From contig CAWFDB010000001.1 of assembly GCA_963814575.1 (NCBI GenBank), positions 7,194-71,193 of the forward strand: a DNA stretch of 64,000 nucleotides. The letters are read 5' to 3'. Position 1 is the first letter of the stretch. Each line of letters starts with the position of its first letter. Position numbers and translations under genes: made by a program. This DNA is from an uncultured Bacteroidota bacterium (GTDB lineage Bacteria > Bacteroidota > Bacteroidia > Cytophagales > Cyclobacteriaceae). Below the pieces are notes generated by a model. The model had not been told where the DNA came from, ran no database searches, and saw only the letters and a list, made by a program, of their open reading frames with translations. Shown here piece after piece: positions 19,154 through 29,860 of this stretch.

Positions 19154-20564
19154 ATGCAAAAAAAGTCCCTATTCATTATCATTATTTTCATTACAGCATG
19201 CAGTCCAAATAGACAAGGTGGAGTACTCAATGGAGTTTGGAAATCACTTGGCTATGGAAAAATACTTGTGATAAAAGATAACACATATTCGTTTTACGAC
19301 ATAACTAGATATCTCGTGTCTACCGGCAAGAAATTCGACTTTAGACGAATTGGAGAAATCTATCGAATTAAGAAATGATACACTTTTATTGCGACAAGGA
19401 ACCTTGAATTACAGCTTCACCAGATTGAACAGTCTTCCTGATGCGTGCAACAAGAAGTTAAGTGACATAGCAAAGAGAGACATTCAATTCAATTTTGAAG
19501 TTTTTGCGAAAACGGTAGAAGAAAACTACGCTTATTTTGAATTAAACAAGGTTAACTGGGACAGCCTTTATCTGGTTCAAAAAGGTAAACTGAACTCAAA
19601 TTCGACAGATACTGACCTATACATCGTATTAGATGAAATACTTAGGCTAATCAAGGACAACCATGGACAAGTTGAGCCTACGGAGGACGTATACGAAAAG
19701 TCCATGCTCATAAATCCTAACAAAGAGTCAAGTGAAAAATTAAAGGAATATGGGGATTTTGAGATTGCACAAATTGTTAGCAATAAATTTTTACAGAAAG
19801 ATTTAACTACTAATTCGGAGCTTGTACGGTGGGGATTGGTGAATGAGAAAATTGGCTACATCCAGATAAAAGCCATGTGGCTATTTGCTGACTTAAATTT
19901 AGCAGATTCTTTGATTGCAAAAGAAGGATGGGTTGCCACATATGCCAATGAAATGACAAGACTAAATGAATCTGAATATATTGATTCAGAGGTAGAGGGG
20001 ATTAGCCGTGTAATGGATAGAGTAATGAATGACCTCTCACAAACTGACTATATTATCATGGATGTAAGATTTAACGGTGGTGGACAGGATGCAGTTAGCT
20101 TAGAAATACTTAAAAGGTTCAATGAGAAAAAGACAAAGATTGCTACTCAAAAAGCCAAACTAGGTGATGCATTTACCCCTGAACAGTCAATTTACCTGGA
20201 ACCTCACGACAAGGCCTACACGAAACCAGTTTTTGTTTTAACTTCCAGACAGTCAGCAAGCGCGACAGACTTACTTGCTTTGGCCACATTATCTCTAAAT
20301 CATGTAAAAAGAATTGGTTCGCGGACTAATGGTGCAATATCGACAGCGTTAGAGAAGAGATTGCCGAATGATTGGTATTTCTCAATCTCAAATGAGATAT
20401 ATTTTGACAACAATGGCGTTTGCTATGAGAACACAGGTGTGCCAGTGAACTATGAAATGAATTATCCTGAAGACCGACAAACTTTTTTTCGTTGGGTAGC
20501 GGACAATGTTACTTTAGACAAGCAGAATATTTTGAAAATAGTTAATGAATATGAAAAGAAATAG
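19154..20564 (+). CDS. Cassette C10: S41-family peptidase lipoprotein, frameshifted near 19310
   Basis: Lipobox ITAC; DVRFNGGG, SASA, IGSRTNGA. Confidence 0.85.
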
Positions 20565-20586
20565 AGTAACACATGGAGGCCACAGC

Positions 20587-20716
20587 GCCCAACAGTATGT
20601 TTGCGCAATGGTGGCGTGACGAGTTAATTTGAAGTATATTTATTTTATAACGTTTTGCCCACGTGGACAGGACGCGGCTTCGATAAGCCACCACTGCAGA
20701 AACACAAACGTTGCAA
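20587..20716 (+). repeat. attC-like repeat R11
   Basis: GCGCCCAAC...GTTGCAAGC. Confidence 0.9.
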
Positions 20717-20808
20717 GCAATTGCGTTGGCTTCGTGGACAGAGAAGTGTAAGCCGACAAATTTCGGTTGATAAAAAAAATAAAAACATTTGGATAAAGAT
20801 GAATAAGT

Positions 20809-21336
20809 ATGGACAACATTGACGTAAAAAGAGTAACCCTAAACGACATTGACCAATTACAGGGTATAGGACGACAGACTTTTTTTGAAACCTTTTCTGC
20901 GGGAAACACAGAAGAGAATATGAAGAAATATTTAGAAGAAGGCTTTACTGTGGAGAAATTGACCGCTGAACTTAATGACAGAAATTCAGAATTTTATTTT
21001 GCGTCACTCGACAATAAAGTAATCGGATATTTAAAGCTGAACTTTGGACAATCACAAACAGAAATAAAGGAGGACAAAGCTCTCGAAATAGAAAGAATAT
21101 ATGTGTTGAAAGAATATCACGGAAAAAAGGTGGGACAAATACTTTACGACAAAGCAATTCAAATTGCGAGACTAAAAAATGCCGACTATGTTTGGTTGGG
21201 CGTATGGGAGGAGAATCCAAGAGCAATTAGCTTTTATAAGAAAAATGGTTTCATTGAGTTCGACAAACACATTTTTAAATTAGGTGATGACGAGCAGACG
21301 GACATAATGATGAAACTGAAGTTGAACGACAATTGA
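20809..21336 (+). CDS. Cassette C11: PaiA-like GNAT acetyltransferase
   Basis: LEIERIYV...GKKVG...WLGVWEEN.RA..FY.K.GF. Confidence 0.9.
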   Translation: MDNIDVKRVTLNDIDQLQGIGRQTFFETFSAGNTEENMKKYLEEGFTVEKLTAELNDRNSEFYFASLDNKVIGYLKLNFGQSQTEIKEDKALEIERIYVLKEYHGKKVGQILYDKAIQIARLKNADYVWLGVWEENPRAISFYKKNGFIEFDKHIFKLGDDEQTDIMMKLKLNDN

Positions 21337-21384
21337 GAACAGACGGAGATGACCGACTTAGAAAATGAGTAGAAACCCAACTGC

Positions 21385-21526
21385 TTGCAACAGCATGTTT
21401 TTGCAATGGTGCCGTGACGAGTTGCTTTAAAGTTTTATCTTCGTTCAACGTTTTCGTTTCGTAGGAATTATATTGCAATGCTAAAGGACAGAACACGGCT
21501 TTGGAAAGGCACCACTGCAGAAACAC
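21385..21526 (+). repeat. Degenerate terminal repeat R12
   Basis: About 20-bp internal insertion; final CAAACGTT missing. Confidence 0.85.
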
Positions 21527-21734
21527 GAGTCAAACAGTCTACGGATTTTACTTTTCCATGACATTTTAACGTCTACAAAGTCTCAAAATTTTTTTATAAT
21601 GAAAATGTTTGTTATTTCGTGACGTATAAACTATTACCTAATAGTGACTGCCCCCACACGGGGGAATAGTAAGTGGATTTAATTAATTTTACCTGAAATA
21701 TGTTTAGTTATTGCAACATCAAAAATAATTTATA

Positions 21735-22370
21735 ATGAGAAAGTTCTTCCGTTTTTCTTTCGTCCTCACCCTAACGTTGGTTTTTATGGCGGGTTGTTAC
21801 CCTGTGCAGCCTGAGTTTGTTGAGGATTTTGACGCGGTTTACACTACCCGTAGAGACAGTGAATTCAACTTTAGTGATCCGACTTTTCAAAAATTTTATT
21901 TGGCCGATACGGTGATGGTTTTAACAGACCCCAATACATCTGAGACAAGTATCTCTATCAATAGTGACCTCTTGTTAGATCGGGTTCGTCAAAATATGCT
22001 TCAGGCTGGCTACACCGATGTTTCAGACGCTGAAGAAATTACCGATGCTGATTATTTGGTCTTGGTAAGCGTTAACAGAACGGACAATTATTTTTACACC
22101 TGGTGGGGTGGCTGGGGTGGCTGGGGTGGTTGGGGTGGCTGGGGTGGCTGGGGCTTTCCTCCTGTTATTACCTCACAAAACATTAAGACCGGTGCCCTGA
22201 TTGTTGAGTTGATTAAAGCTCGAAATCTTGGTGAAAAACCACAAACATTGCCCATCGTTTGGGTTGGCAGAGGCGAAGGTTTGTTTCGAGGTTCAGAACA
22301 AAACCTTACCAATCGCTCACTTGGGGCCATTGACCAAATGTTTATACAGTCACCTTATTTAAATCGCTAG
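21735..22370 (+). CDS. DUF4136-like lipoprotein with WGG repeats
   Basis: Lipobox MAGC; GALIVELI..W.G..G; QSPYL end. Confidence 0.75.
   Translation: MRKFFRFSFVLTLTLVFMAGCYPVQPEFVEDFDAVYTTRRDSEFNFSDPTFQKFYLADTVMVLTDPNTSETSISINSDLLLDRVRQNMLQAGYTDVSDAEEITDADYLVLVSVNRTDNYFYTWWGGWGGWGGWGGWGGWGFPPVITSQNIKTGALIVELIKARNLGEKPQTLPIVWVGRGEGLFRGSEQNLTNRSLGAIDQMFIQSPYLNR
22104..22154 (+). repeat. (TGGGGTGGY)5 tandem repeat
   Basis: Direct reading; encodes (WGG)5WG. Confidence 0.9.
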
Positions 22371-22373
22371 TTC

Positions 22374-22973
22374 ATGAAAAAGATACTTTTATTTTTACCA
22401 TTTTTTGCTGCGGCACTCTATTCAAGCGCACAAAATAATTCCTTTCGTCTGACCTATGACGTAGCCATACCTACAGGGAAAATGAGTGAAGATTTCATTA
22501 GTAAGACATCATGGCGCGGTATTTCCATTGATAGCCGGTGGGGTATTAACACTAATCTTACGGTTGGCTTTTTGCTCGGCTGGCAGGTTTTCGCAGAGCG
22601 ATTTGACAATTTTACCGGTGTAACTTCGGACGGCCTGACTACCTTTCATGGCACACAATTCAGGACTATTAATTCTTTCCCGTTGCAAGCCAATACTCAC
22701 TATTTTTTTGGCGAAGAAGATAGTATCAGACCGTGGGTAGGTTTTGGTATAGGTGCAGTTTACTCAGACCAACGCTCGCAATTAGGATTTTTTGAGTCAC
22801 CTACAAATGTCTGGAGTTTTGCTGTTACACCACAGATGGGTATAGACATTCCTATCACTGATGAAACTTCCTTTACGCTGCATGCCCGCTACAATTACTT
22901 CAACCATAATGCCGTATCGTTTAATTATTCATTTTTGGTATTTGGTGCCGGGATTAAATTCCTGTATTGGTAA
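22374..22973 (+). CDS. OmpW-like outer-membrane beta-barrel
   Basis: Signal peptide; RPWVGFGIG; aromatic C-terminus. Confidence 0.75.
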   Translation: MKKILLFLPFFAAALYSSAQNNSFRLTYDVAIPTGKMSEDFISKTSWRGISIDSRWGINTNLTVGFLLGWQVFAERFDNFTGVTSDGLTTFHGTQFRTINSFPLQANTHYFFGEEDSIRPWVGFGIGAVYSDQRSQLGFFESPTNVWSFAVTPQMGIDIPITDETSFTLHARYNYFNHNAVSFNYSFLVFGAGIKFLYW

Positions 22974-23061
22974 GATCTTTGTGTAAGCATCCCTGTTTTA
23001 GTACAATCCAAAAGTAGAATACATTTTCATTATAGCAATAGTTATCAATGTTGAAATGTGG

Positions 23062-23877
23062 TCAACTTGAGTGGGTTTGAGTGTTGGGGAGTTGTCCATA
23101 TTTCAACATGACCGGGCTTTTATCGTTAAGACTTTCATGAGGCCGGTAGTTATTATAATCGTCTAACCACCGCTCTGTTTCATCCCTTACTTCATCCATG
23201 TTTTCAAACAGGTAAGCATCCAGCACATGCTCTCTGTAAGTTCTATTAAACCTTTCGATGTAAGCATTTTGAGTTGGTTTACCTGGCTGAGTATAAATGA
23301 ATTCGATACCCTGCATCTGACTCCATTCCTTGATTAGCAAGGCAATAAACTCAGGACCATTATCCATCCTTATTCGAACAGGTTTCTGCCTGCGATGAAT
23401 TAAATGGTTGAGTATCCAGATAACCCTGCTGCTTTTTATTGAATAATCATTTTCAATATGCAACGCTTCCCGGTTATAATCATCCAGAATATTAAAACAA
23501 CGAAACTTCCGACCATTCTCTAACGCATCGCTCATAAAGTCCATGCTCCAGGTGTGATCCATCTTTTCAGGAACTTCTAAGGGTAACTTCACTCTTGCAG
23601 GAAGCCTGCGTTTCACTTTCCTGCGAATGTTTAATCCTAATTTGATATAAACCCGATGCATACGCTTATGGTTGTCTTTTACGCCCTCATTGCGCAATCG
23701 CATGAACGCCTTTCGAAACCCCTCTCTTGGATGCTGTTCTGCTTTCTGTTGCAGCAGTTCAGTCAAGGTAGAGTCGTCTTTGATGGATTGATATCTGTAA
23801 ACGGACCGACTCAGCGCTAGAACACGGCATGCCCTGCTTTTGCTCATGGTGCATTCTGATTCGGATTCTTTAACCAT
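23062..23877 (-). CDS. IS3 transposase OrfB
   Basis: [19 protein letters not shown]. Confidence 0.93.
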   Translation of the reverse strand: MVKESESECTMSKSRACRVLALSRSVYRYQSIKDDSTLTELLQQKAEQHPREGFRKAFMRLRNEGVKDNHKRMHRVYIKLGLNIRRKVKRRLPARVKLPLEVPEKMDHTWSMDFMSDALENGRKFRCFNILDDYNREALHIENDYSIKSSRVIWILNHLIHRRQKPVRIRMDNGPEFIALLIKEWSQMQGIEFIYTQPGKPTQNAYIERFNRTYREHVLDAYLFENMDEVRDETERWLDDYNNYRPHESLNDKSPVMLKYGQLPNTQTHSS

Positions 23878-23897
23878 TTGTTTTTTCTGGCAGGGCG

Positions 23898-24164
23898 TTA
23901 AAGCTTTTTTTCTATGAAATATTTTGCGGCCTGAAGATCTAATGCAAGCTCCGCATACATTCGCTTAAGCTTAGCATTCTCCTCTTCTAACTCCTTGACT
24001 CGCTTTAACTCACTGGCAGTCATTCCACCGTAGCGCTGTCGCCATTTATAAAATGCCGCTTTACTGATTCCATGCTCTCGGCAGAGATCCTCTGCCTTCT
24101 TGCCAGCATCAAACTCCTTGAGTATGGTGGCAATTTGATTGGGACTGAATTTGCTCCGTTTCAT
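23898..24164 (-). CDS. IS3 OrfA
   Basis: HTH plus leucine zipper [10 protein letters not shown]. Confidence 0.93.
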   Translation of the reverse strand: MKRSKFSPNQIATILKEFDAGKKAEDLCREHGISKAAFYKWRQRYGGMTASELKRVKELEEENAKLKRMYAELALDLQAAKYFIEKKL

Positions 24165-24253
24165 TTTTATACAATTTAAAAGTTTTCATTGGTATACTTT
24201 TAAACTGTACTATTTTCGGGGATGCTTAACAACATTTGCATCTCATCTATACC

Positions 24254-24283
24254 AAAGGGCTTCCATAACAGAAGCCCTTTTTT
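24254..24283 (+). terminator. Rho-independent terminator, separated from the OmpW-like gene by IS3
   Basis: AAAGGGCTTC/GAAGCCCTTT plus T-run. Confidence 0.65.
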
Positions 24284-24473
24284 ATTTAAGTTTAACCGCA
24301 ATTATGCAGTTCAGCTCCAAGGCGATTAAATCCGTGCGTGTATACCAAAAGCATATCGACCCATATTTGTTTTCAGTCAATGGTGAAATAATTAAGCAAT
24401 CATTGCCATCAAATTCCCGAGCTCGAATTCCCCAATTACGGATAGGATGAAATTTGTGGTTGCCAAGCCAGGA

Positions 24474-25490
24474 TTAAATCAGAGTTCTTATTTTATATAC
24501 TTTCAATTTATAAAAGAAGTACAGCAAGCCTATTCTCCACATGCAAAGCCATTTGTTGAGGAAAATTTTGTGGGTTTTCAAATAGCTATCAGGATTTTCT
24601 GAAACCCTCGCCAATTCATAAATCCAATTGGTATTGGCAACATTAAAGAGGTAGAAGTTGGCTCCATTCCTGGGGTTAATTTCAATAAGGTAAACCTCTT
24701 TTGTCTTTTTGTCTATTCTGTAGTCAATAGAAATCGGACCGGTATACTGATAGCGTTCCATGATTTTTTTAGCATTTTTATCAACCGCTGGATTATCAAC
24801 AAAATAGGTCCCTACATGTTTGGATTGTCCTGGTCTTATGATACCGCTGACTTGTATTTTGCCCTCGTAACAGATGCCGTAATAATATAAATCCTCCCCA
24901 TCAATGTAGTCCTGGATTATTTGCTGTTGCTTTTTTTCAGGTGTCAGTTGTTCATAATAATCGATGGCCTCTTGCTTGTTACGGCTGATGAATACTCCCT
25001 TTGACCCATCACCTAAATGCGGTTTAACTACCAGTCTGTGGCTGGGTGTTAATTTTTCCAATTCTGCTGTAGATTGATATTCCTTTGGAGAGATCACCTG
25101 ACATTCAGCGGCAATTTTTTCCAAATTAAGCTTATCGTCAAGGTAGCTTAGCATGGAGGGCTCCATAATGGGATAAACATTATGCCTGGAGATGTTCTTT
25201 CTGTTTTTTGAGAGAAACTTAAGGCTTTCATAATCGGTTGGTATTATGATATGTTTTTCCGGAATCCTTTCAAGAAAATCAAATGGTTTGTTTTCTTCCT
25301 GGTGGTGCTCATGTAGTTTAGGGATAGGAATGTCTATGAAACGGTCATTTCCAAAAAGTGAAATAAGTTGCTGGTGGAATTTACTGTTACCCATAATCTT
25401 CCAGTTTACCTGACGGGGCATTTTGATAACACAATCACAGATAGTAGTGAAGGTGTGCCGTTCTGAATTGGAAACGATCAGTAAATTCAT
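24474..25490 (-). CDS. ATP-grasp domain protein
   Basis: VVKP..G.GSKGV, IIQDYIDG, LIEINPR. Confidence 0.85.
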   Translation of the reverse strand: MNLLIVSNSERHTFTTICDCVIKMPRQVNWKIMGNSKFHQQLISLFGNDRFIDIPIPKLHEHHQEENKPFDFLERIPEKHIIIPTDYESLKFLSKNRKNISRHNVYPIMEPSMLSYLDDKLNLEKIAAECQVISPKEYQSTAELEKLTPSHRLVVKPHLGDGSKGVFISRNKQEAIDYYEQLTPEKKQQQIIQDYIDGEDLYYYGICYEGKIQVSGIIRPGQSKHVGTYFVDNPAVDKNAKKIMERYQYTGPISIDYRIDKKTKEVYLIEINPRNGANFYLFNVANTNWIYELARVSENPDSYLKTHKIFLNKWLCMWRIGLLYFFYKLKVYKIRTLI

Positions 25491-25743
25491 TGAGGTAAAT
25501 TACAAGAAAGTATACGAACGGACTACTGCGCCTATACCATTTAATTTCCAGCAGTCAGTTTTGGAACAATTTGTTTAACCAACCAGCTAACTGTGTGAAC
25601 TTCTGCTGAAAAATTCTTTATTCCGGTGACTGCCCCGAATGAATCAAGCACTCAAGATGAATCCATGGAGAAAAAATTTATTCATCACCTGTAACCGGTC
25701 CACGCAAGACTGCGTCATAGAGGCAAAAATTAACAACTACGTT

Positions 25744-26097
25744 ATGGAAGAAAATACAATTATTCCGGTATTGGGTATCATGTTGCCGATCATCATAACC
25801 TTAGGGGCATTTATCATGGTGGTATACATACGCAAATATGAAAATATTGAGAAAATGGCCATCATTGATAAAGGTCTGAACCCCGATCTCTTCAAGCGCG
25901 AGCGTTCAACTTCTGGCGCATTGCGCGCCTCCCTATTGCTTATCGGTGCAGGAACTGGTCTGCTTATGGGCTATGGGCTGGATGCCGCATTCGGAATGGA
26001 AGAAGTAGCCTATTTCTCCATGATATTGATTTTTGGAGGCCTTGGATTGGGATTAGCCTACCTCATTGAAGAAAAGAAACAGAACCCGGGGTTATAA
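25744..26097 (+). CDS. DUF6249-like membrane protein
   Basis: E.MAII.KG motif between TM helices. Confidence 0.7.
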   Translation: MEENTIIPVLGIMLPIIITLGAFIMVVYIRKYENIEKMAIIDKGLNPDLFKRERSTSGALRASLLLIGAGTGLLMGYGLDAAFGMEEVAYFSMILIFGGLGLGLAYLIEEKKQNPGL

Positions 26098-26119
26098 CTG
26101 AAACTTTTATCCTGATGAG

Positions 26120-26148
26120 AAACCCAACCATGAAAGTTGGGTTTTTTT
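26120..26148. terminator. Terminator between convergent genes
   Basis: AAACCCAAC/GTTGGGTTT plus T-run. Confidence 0.7.
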
Positions 26149-27616
26149 AAAGAAATACCCAACCGATAACGGTGCGGGCAAAAAGATAAATAAACAGGAC
26201 AGATAAAAAATTGAGAATTATTCCAGCCTTCATCATGTCTTTCACTTTCATTTGCCCGCTGGAGAAAACAATGGCATTGGGTGGCGTAGCTACCGGAAAC
26301 ATAAACGCCATGCTTGCCCCAATAGTTACGGGCATGCCCAGTAATATCGGATTTAATCCCAGGTTGGTAGCAATACCAAAAACGACCGGAATAAATATCT
26401 GAACCAGGGCAACATTGCTCATCAGTTCGGTAATAAAAACGGAAGCGGTAATCAATCCGAGCAGCAACCAGTTAATCGCGCTGCCCTGTTCAGCAATGAC
26501 AGCACCTACGGCCTGAATAATTCCCGCATTGGAAAGGCCCTGTGCCAGGCAAAGGCCACCGCCAAATAATATCAGAATTCCCCAGGAAAGTTTTTCAGTA
26601 TCGCGCCAGTGAAGCAGAAACTTAAATTCCTTCAGATTGCTGGGAATAACAAACATGAGTGAACCGCCCATCATGGCAATATTGGTGTCGTTCAACATGT
26701 CTTTGCCTAAAAGGATATTGAGCGGCTGTTGAAAAATCCATAGTGAAGATGTGATTGCAAAAATCATCAGCACCAGTTTTTCTTCTTTTCTTATGATGCC
26801 CAGTTCCTTCAACTTATTTTTAATGAGTTCGTCTGAGCCGTGCACTTTCTTTAGGTTATTTGGAAAGACCAGCCAGGTGATAATGAAGTAACAGGAAGTT
26901 AACAGAACCACGCTCAACGGAACACCAACCAGCATCCAGGTTCCAAAATTTATTTTCTGATCATAAAACTGATCCAGTAACCCAACAAAAACAACATTAG
27001 GCGGTGTGCCTATGATCGTTGCAATTCCTCCAATATTGGCGGCATAGGCGATGACAAGCATTAAGCCGATTCCAAAATTACGTTCACCTTTCGATTCTGT
27101 TTCCGGAGTATTTCCTTTTTCAGTTTTTAATAAATCGATTACGGAAATGGCGATGGGCAGCATCATCATAGCTGTGGCGGTGTTGCTGATCCACATGCTG
27201 ATCATGCCGGTGGCAATCATAAAGCCTAAAATAATTCCATTTCCAGACGTGCCCGTGATACGAATTAGATTCAATGCAATGCGTTCATGCAGCCTGTGTT
27301 TTTCCAGGCCTAAAGCAATCATAAAGCCACCCATAAAAAGAAATATGATCGGATTGGCATAAGGGGCTGCGGCCTCACTCATTTTCATCACACCGAGGAA
27401 GGGAAACAGAATCAGTGGAAGGAGTGCAGTTATCGGTATAGGTGCAGCTTCGGTAATCCACCAGATAATCATCCAGGTGGCAACGCCAAGTACTTTATTC
27501 GCACCAGGCGAAATAAACTCAGTACTTACCAGTGAACTCACCATTAAAAACGCCAGTGGGCCGGCAAGAAAGCCTGCAACTTTAATGTTTGAATGTGAGT
27601 CTGAATGTTCTTCCAT
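26147..27616 (-). CDS. SLC13/DASS sodium-dicarboxylate transporter
   Basis: SNTAT, GTPPN, TELMSN, ATPPN. Confidence 0.92.
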   Translation of the reverse strand: MEEHSDSHSNIKVAGFLAGPLAFLMVSSLVSTEFISPGANKVLGVATWMIIWWITEAAPIPITALLPLILFPFLGVMKMSEAAAPYANPIIFLFMGGFMIALGLEKHRLHERIALNLIRITGTSGNGIILGFMIATGMISMWISNTATAMMMLPIAISVIDLLKTEKGNTPETESKGERNFGIGLMLVIAYAANIGGIATIIGTPPNVVFVGLLDQFYDQKINFGTWMLVGVPLSVVLLTSCYFIITWLVFPNNLKKVHGSDELIKNKLKELGIIRKEEKLVLMIFAITSSLWIFQQPLNILLGKDMLNDTNIAMMGGSLMFVIPSNLKEFKFLLHWRDTEKLSWGILILFGGGLCLAQGLSNAGIIQAVGAVIAEQGSAINWLLLGLITASVFITELMSNVALVQIFIPVVFGIATNLGLNPILLGMPVTIGASMAFMFPVATPPNAIVFSSGQMKVKDMMKAGIILNFLSVLFIYLFARTVIGWVFL

Positions 27617-27743
27617 AACTTATTTTCAACGACAAAGTAAGTATTCACCCAATGCGTTACAAATGGGGTAATGCAATTGGTTAAATAAAAAAAGCGGGAT
27701 GGTGATCCCGCTGGTCAGTATTCAATTAAATTATAATATTATT

Positions 27744-28016
27744 CTAACCTTGCGGTAGTCCGCCTTCACCGGGGGCTTTTGGATTAGCGGGTTTAACAAC
27801 GATCGTGCGTCCGTCCAGTTCAGTTTCATTTAAGGCTGCTATCGCCTGATTGGCATGATCATCATTAGGCATTTCTACAAATCCAAATCCTTTTGATCGG
27901 CCCGTGTCGCGGTCTTTAACAATCTTGGCTGAGGCAACTTCTCCAAATTTTGCAAAAGCTGCCTCAAGCTCTTCGCGTCTGGTTTTAAAGTTCAATCGTG
28001 CAACAAAGATGTTCAT
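27744..28016 (-). CDS. RRM RNA-binding protein
   Basis: RNP1 KGFGFVEM. Confidence 0.92.
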   Translation of the reverse strand: MNIFVARLNFKTRREELEAAFAKFGEVASAKIVKDRDTGRSKGFGFVEMPNDDHANQAIAALNETELDGRTIVVKPANPKAPGEGGLPQG

Positions 28017-28134
28017 AGTACAAAATGAATTAATTTGAAAATAGGTCACTATTGATTGGGCCTAAATCAATTTTTTGGACCAATCAAATACAAAATAGTA
28101 AAATAAAGTAAATTTTCAATTAGGTGGGGAGTAC

Positions 28135-29793
28135 TTAGGTTCCGACATGGAGCATTTCGCGGGCACTTTCTATTGATTTAACCGAAGGATTGGCACCTCC
28201 GATCATCTGGGCAATTTCGGTAATGCGCTCTTTTTCTGTTAGCATCTTCATGGAGGTGATGGTACGGGAAGAGGAATTATCCTTGAATACAAAGAAATGT
28301 GCATCTGCCCGGGAAGCAATCTGCGGTAGGTGACTGATCGAGATAACCTGATGGCGTTGTGCTATTTCTTTCATACGGTTACCAAGCCGTATGGCGATTT
28401 CACCTGACACACCGGTATCAATTTCATCCAGTATGAGTGTAGGCAAGGAAGCCTTTTCGGCCATTACATATTTGATGCTGAACATAAGCCTTGAAAATTC
28501 TCCACCAGATGCTACCTGTGCAAGTGGCCGTGGTTGCATTCCTTTGTTGGCTGTAAAAAGAATTTCAATGCTGTCAGTTCCCGTAGTGCCGGGTAAAATG
28601 GTTACATGATCAATCACAAGTTGCGTATCAGGCATGCCCAGTTCCTTCAACAGTGCGGTGAGATGTTTTGAAAGTGGTGCAAATACTTTCTGTCTGGATT
28701 TACTTAAAGCTTCGGCTGCTTTCTTTAATTCCAATTCCAGTTGATTAACCTTTTCTTTTGAACCGGCAACCAGCTGATCGAGGTTTCGGGTCTTGGTAGC
28801 TTTTTGTTCCAGCTCATCCCGCAATTCAATAAGCTGCGATACCTCTTTCAACCGATGCTTTTGTAAAAGTTGATAGAGTACACTCAATCTGTCTTTTGTT
28901 TGCTCCGTCTGATGCGGATCAAATTCAATTTTTTCTTCCTCATGCTCCAGCTCGCTCAGAATATCATTCAATTCAATTCGTGCGCTTTCAAAGCGCTGAA
29001 GAAGCTGTTCGTATTCTTTCGAATACGAAGCAATGGATTGAAGTTGTGTGCGAATAGAGGCCAGCGTGGTAGCGGCCGAAAATTCCGATCTCCCGAATTG
29101 TTCCAGTATAGAATTGAAATTTGTTTTAATCTCCTCGGCATGCTCCATGATTTTAAGAGATGACTCAAGTTGTTCAACTTCGCCCTCCTCCAGATTAGCC
29201 TTCATAAGTTCTTCCAGCTGAAAAAGAACAAAGTCTGATTCTTTTTTCAAGGCATCGGATTCAACCAGGAGCGCATGGTATGCGTGTTGCGCCTGCACGA
29301 ATTTTTTCCAGACCTGCACATAGTCATTTTTCAATTTTGCATTGGCTGCAAAGGAGTCAACCAGTTCAAGTTGAAAAGATTTGTTGCCGAGTTCCAGTGT
29401 TTCGTGCTGCGAATGAATGTCCATTAGCCGGCTGCCAATTTTGCGCATCACGTCCAGTGTTACCGGAGTATCATTGATAAAAGCACGACTCTTGCCACCA
29501 GGACTTATTTCCCTGCGGATTGTGGTCTGATTTTGATAATCAAGATCTTCGGATTCAAAAAGTTCTTTAAGCTGATAATTTGAAAGATCAAATGTTCCTT
29601 CCGTAACGCACTTTTCATGTTCATCCCATAGTGCTTTGGTATCTGCACGATTTCCAAGCAACAGACCAATGGCGCCCAGCATAATCGATTTACCTGCACC
29701 TGTTTCACCCGTGATTACATTTAGCCTGGGTGAGGGAGATAACTCCAGGTGTTTTATCAGTGCATAGTTTTTAATGATCAGATGGGTAAGCAT
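28135..29793 (-). CDS. recN: DNA repair protein RecN
   Basis: TGETGAGKS, SGGE, DEID, SHLPQ. Confidence 0.96.
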   Translation of the reverse strand: MLTHLIIKNYALIKHLELSPSPRLNVITGETGAGKSIMLGAIGLLLGNRADTKALWDEHEKCVTEGTFDLSNYQLKELFESEDLDYQNQTTIRREISPGGKSRAFINDTPVTLDVMRKIGSRLMDIHSQHETLELGNKSFQLELVDSFAANAKLKNDYVQVWKKFVQAQHAYHALLVESDALKKESDFVLFQLEELMKANLEEGEVEQLESSLKIMEHAEEIKTNFNSILEQFGRSEFSAATTLASIRTQLQSIASYSKEYEQLLQRFESARIELNDILSELEHEEEKIEFDPHQTEQTKDRLSVLYQLLQKHRLKEVSQLIELRDELEQKATKTRNLDQLVAGSKEKVNQLELELKKAAEALSKSRQKVFAPLSKHLTALLKELGMPDTQLVIDHVTILPGTTGTDSIEILFTANKGMQPRPLAQVASGGEFSRLMFSIKYVMAEKASLPTLILDEIDTGVSGEIAIRLGNRMKEIAQRHQVISISHLPQIASRADAHFFVFKDNSSSRTITSMKMLTEKERITEIAQMIGGANPSVKSIESAREMLHVGT

Positions 29794-29860
29794 CGAAGGA
29801 AACTAAAATTAAGTATTGAATACGGAGTGTTAAATTAAGAACTAAGCGTAAAGAAAATAC

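Larger units (their letters stand above)
62..21526 (+). mobile_element. Integron-like gene cassette array (12 attC-like repeats, 11 complete cassettes; continues beyond left edge; no integrase seen)
   Basis: About 130-bp imperfect inverted repeats bounded by AAC and GTT; cargo on + strand; staggered end complementarity in all 11 units. Confidence 0.85.
22982..24231 (-). mobile_element. IS3-family element
   Basis: IRs TGTAAGCATCCC...AGTACA / TGTACT...GGGATGCTT(A)ACA; orfA/orfB with AAAAAAG slippery site. Confidence 0.9.

Noticed and set aside
62-21526. CRISPR array
   Set aside because: Repeats are about 130 bp with 0.3-1.5 kb gene-bearing spacers, and no cas genes are present.
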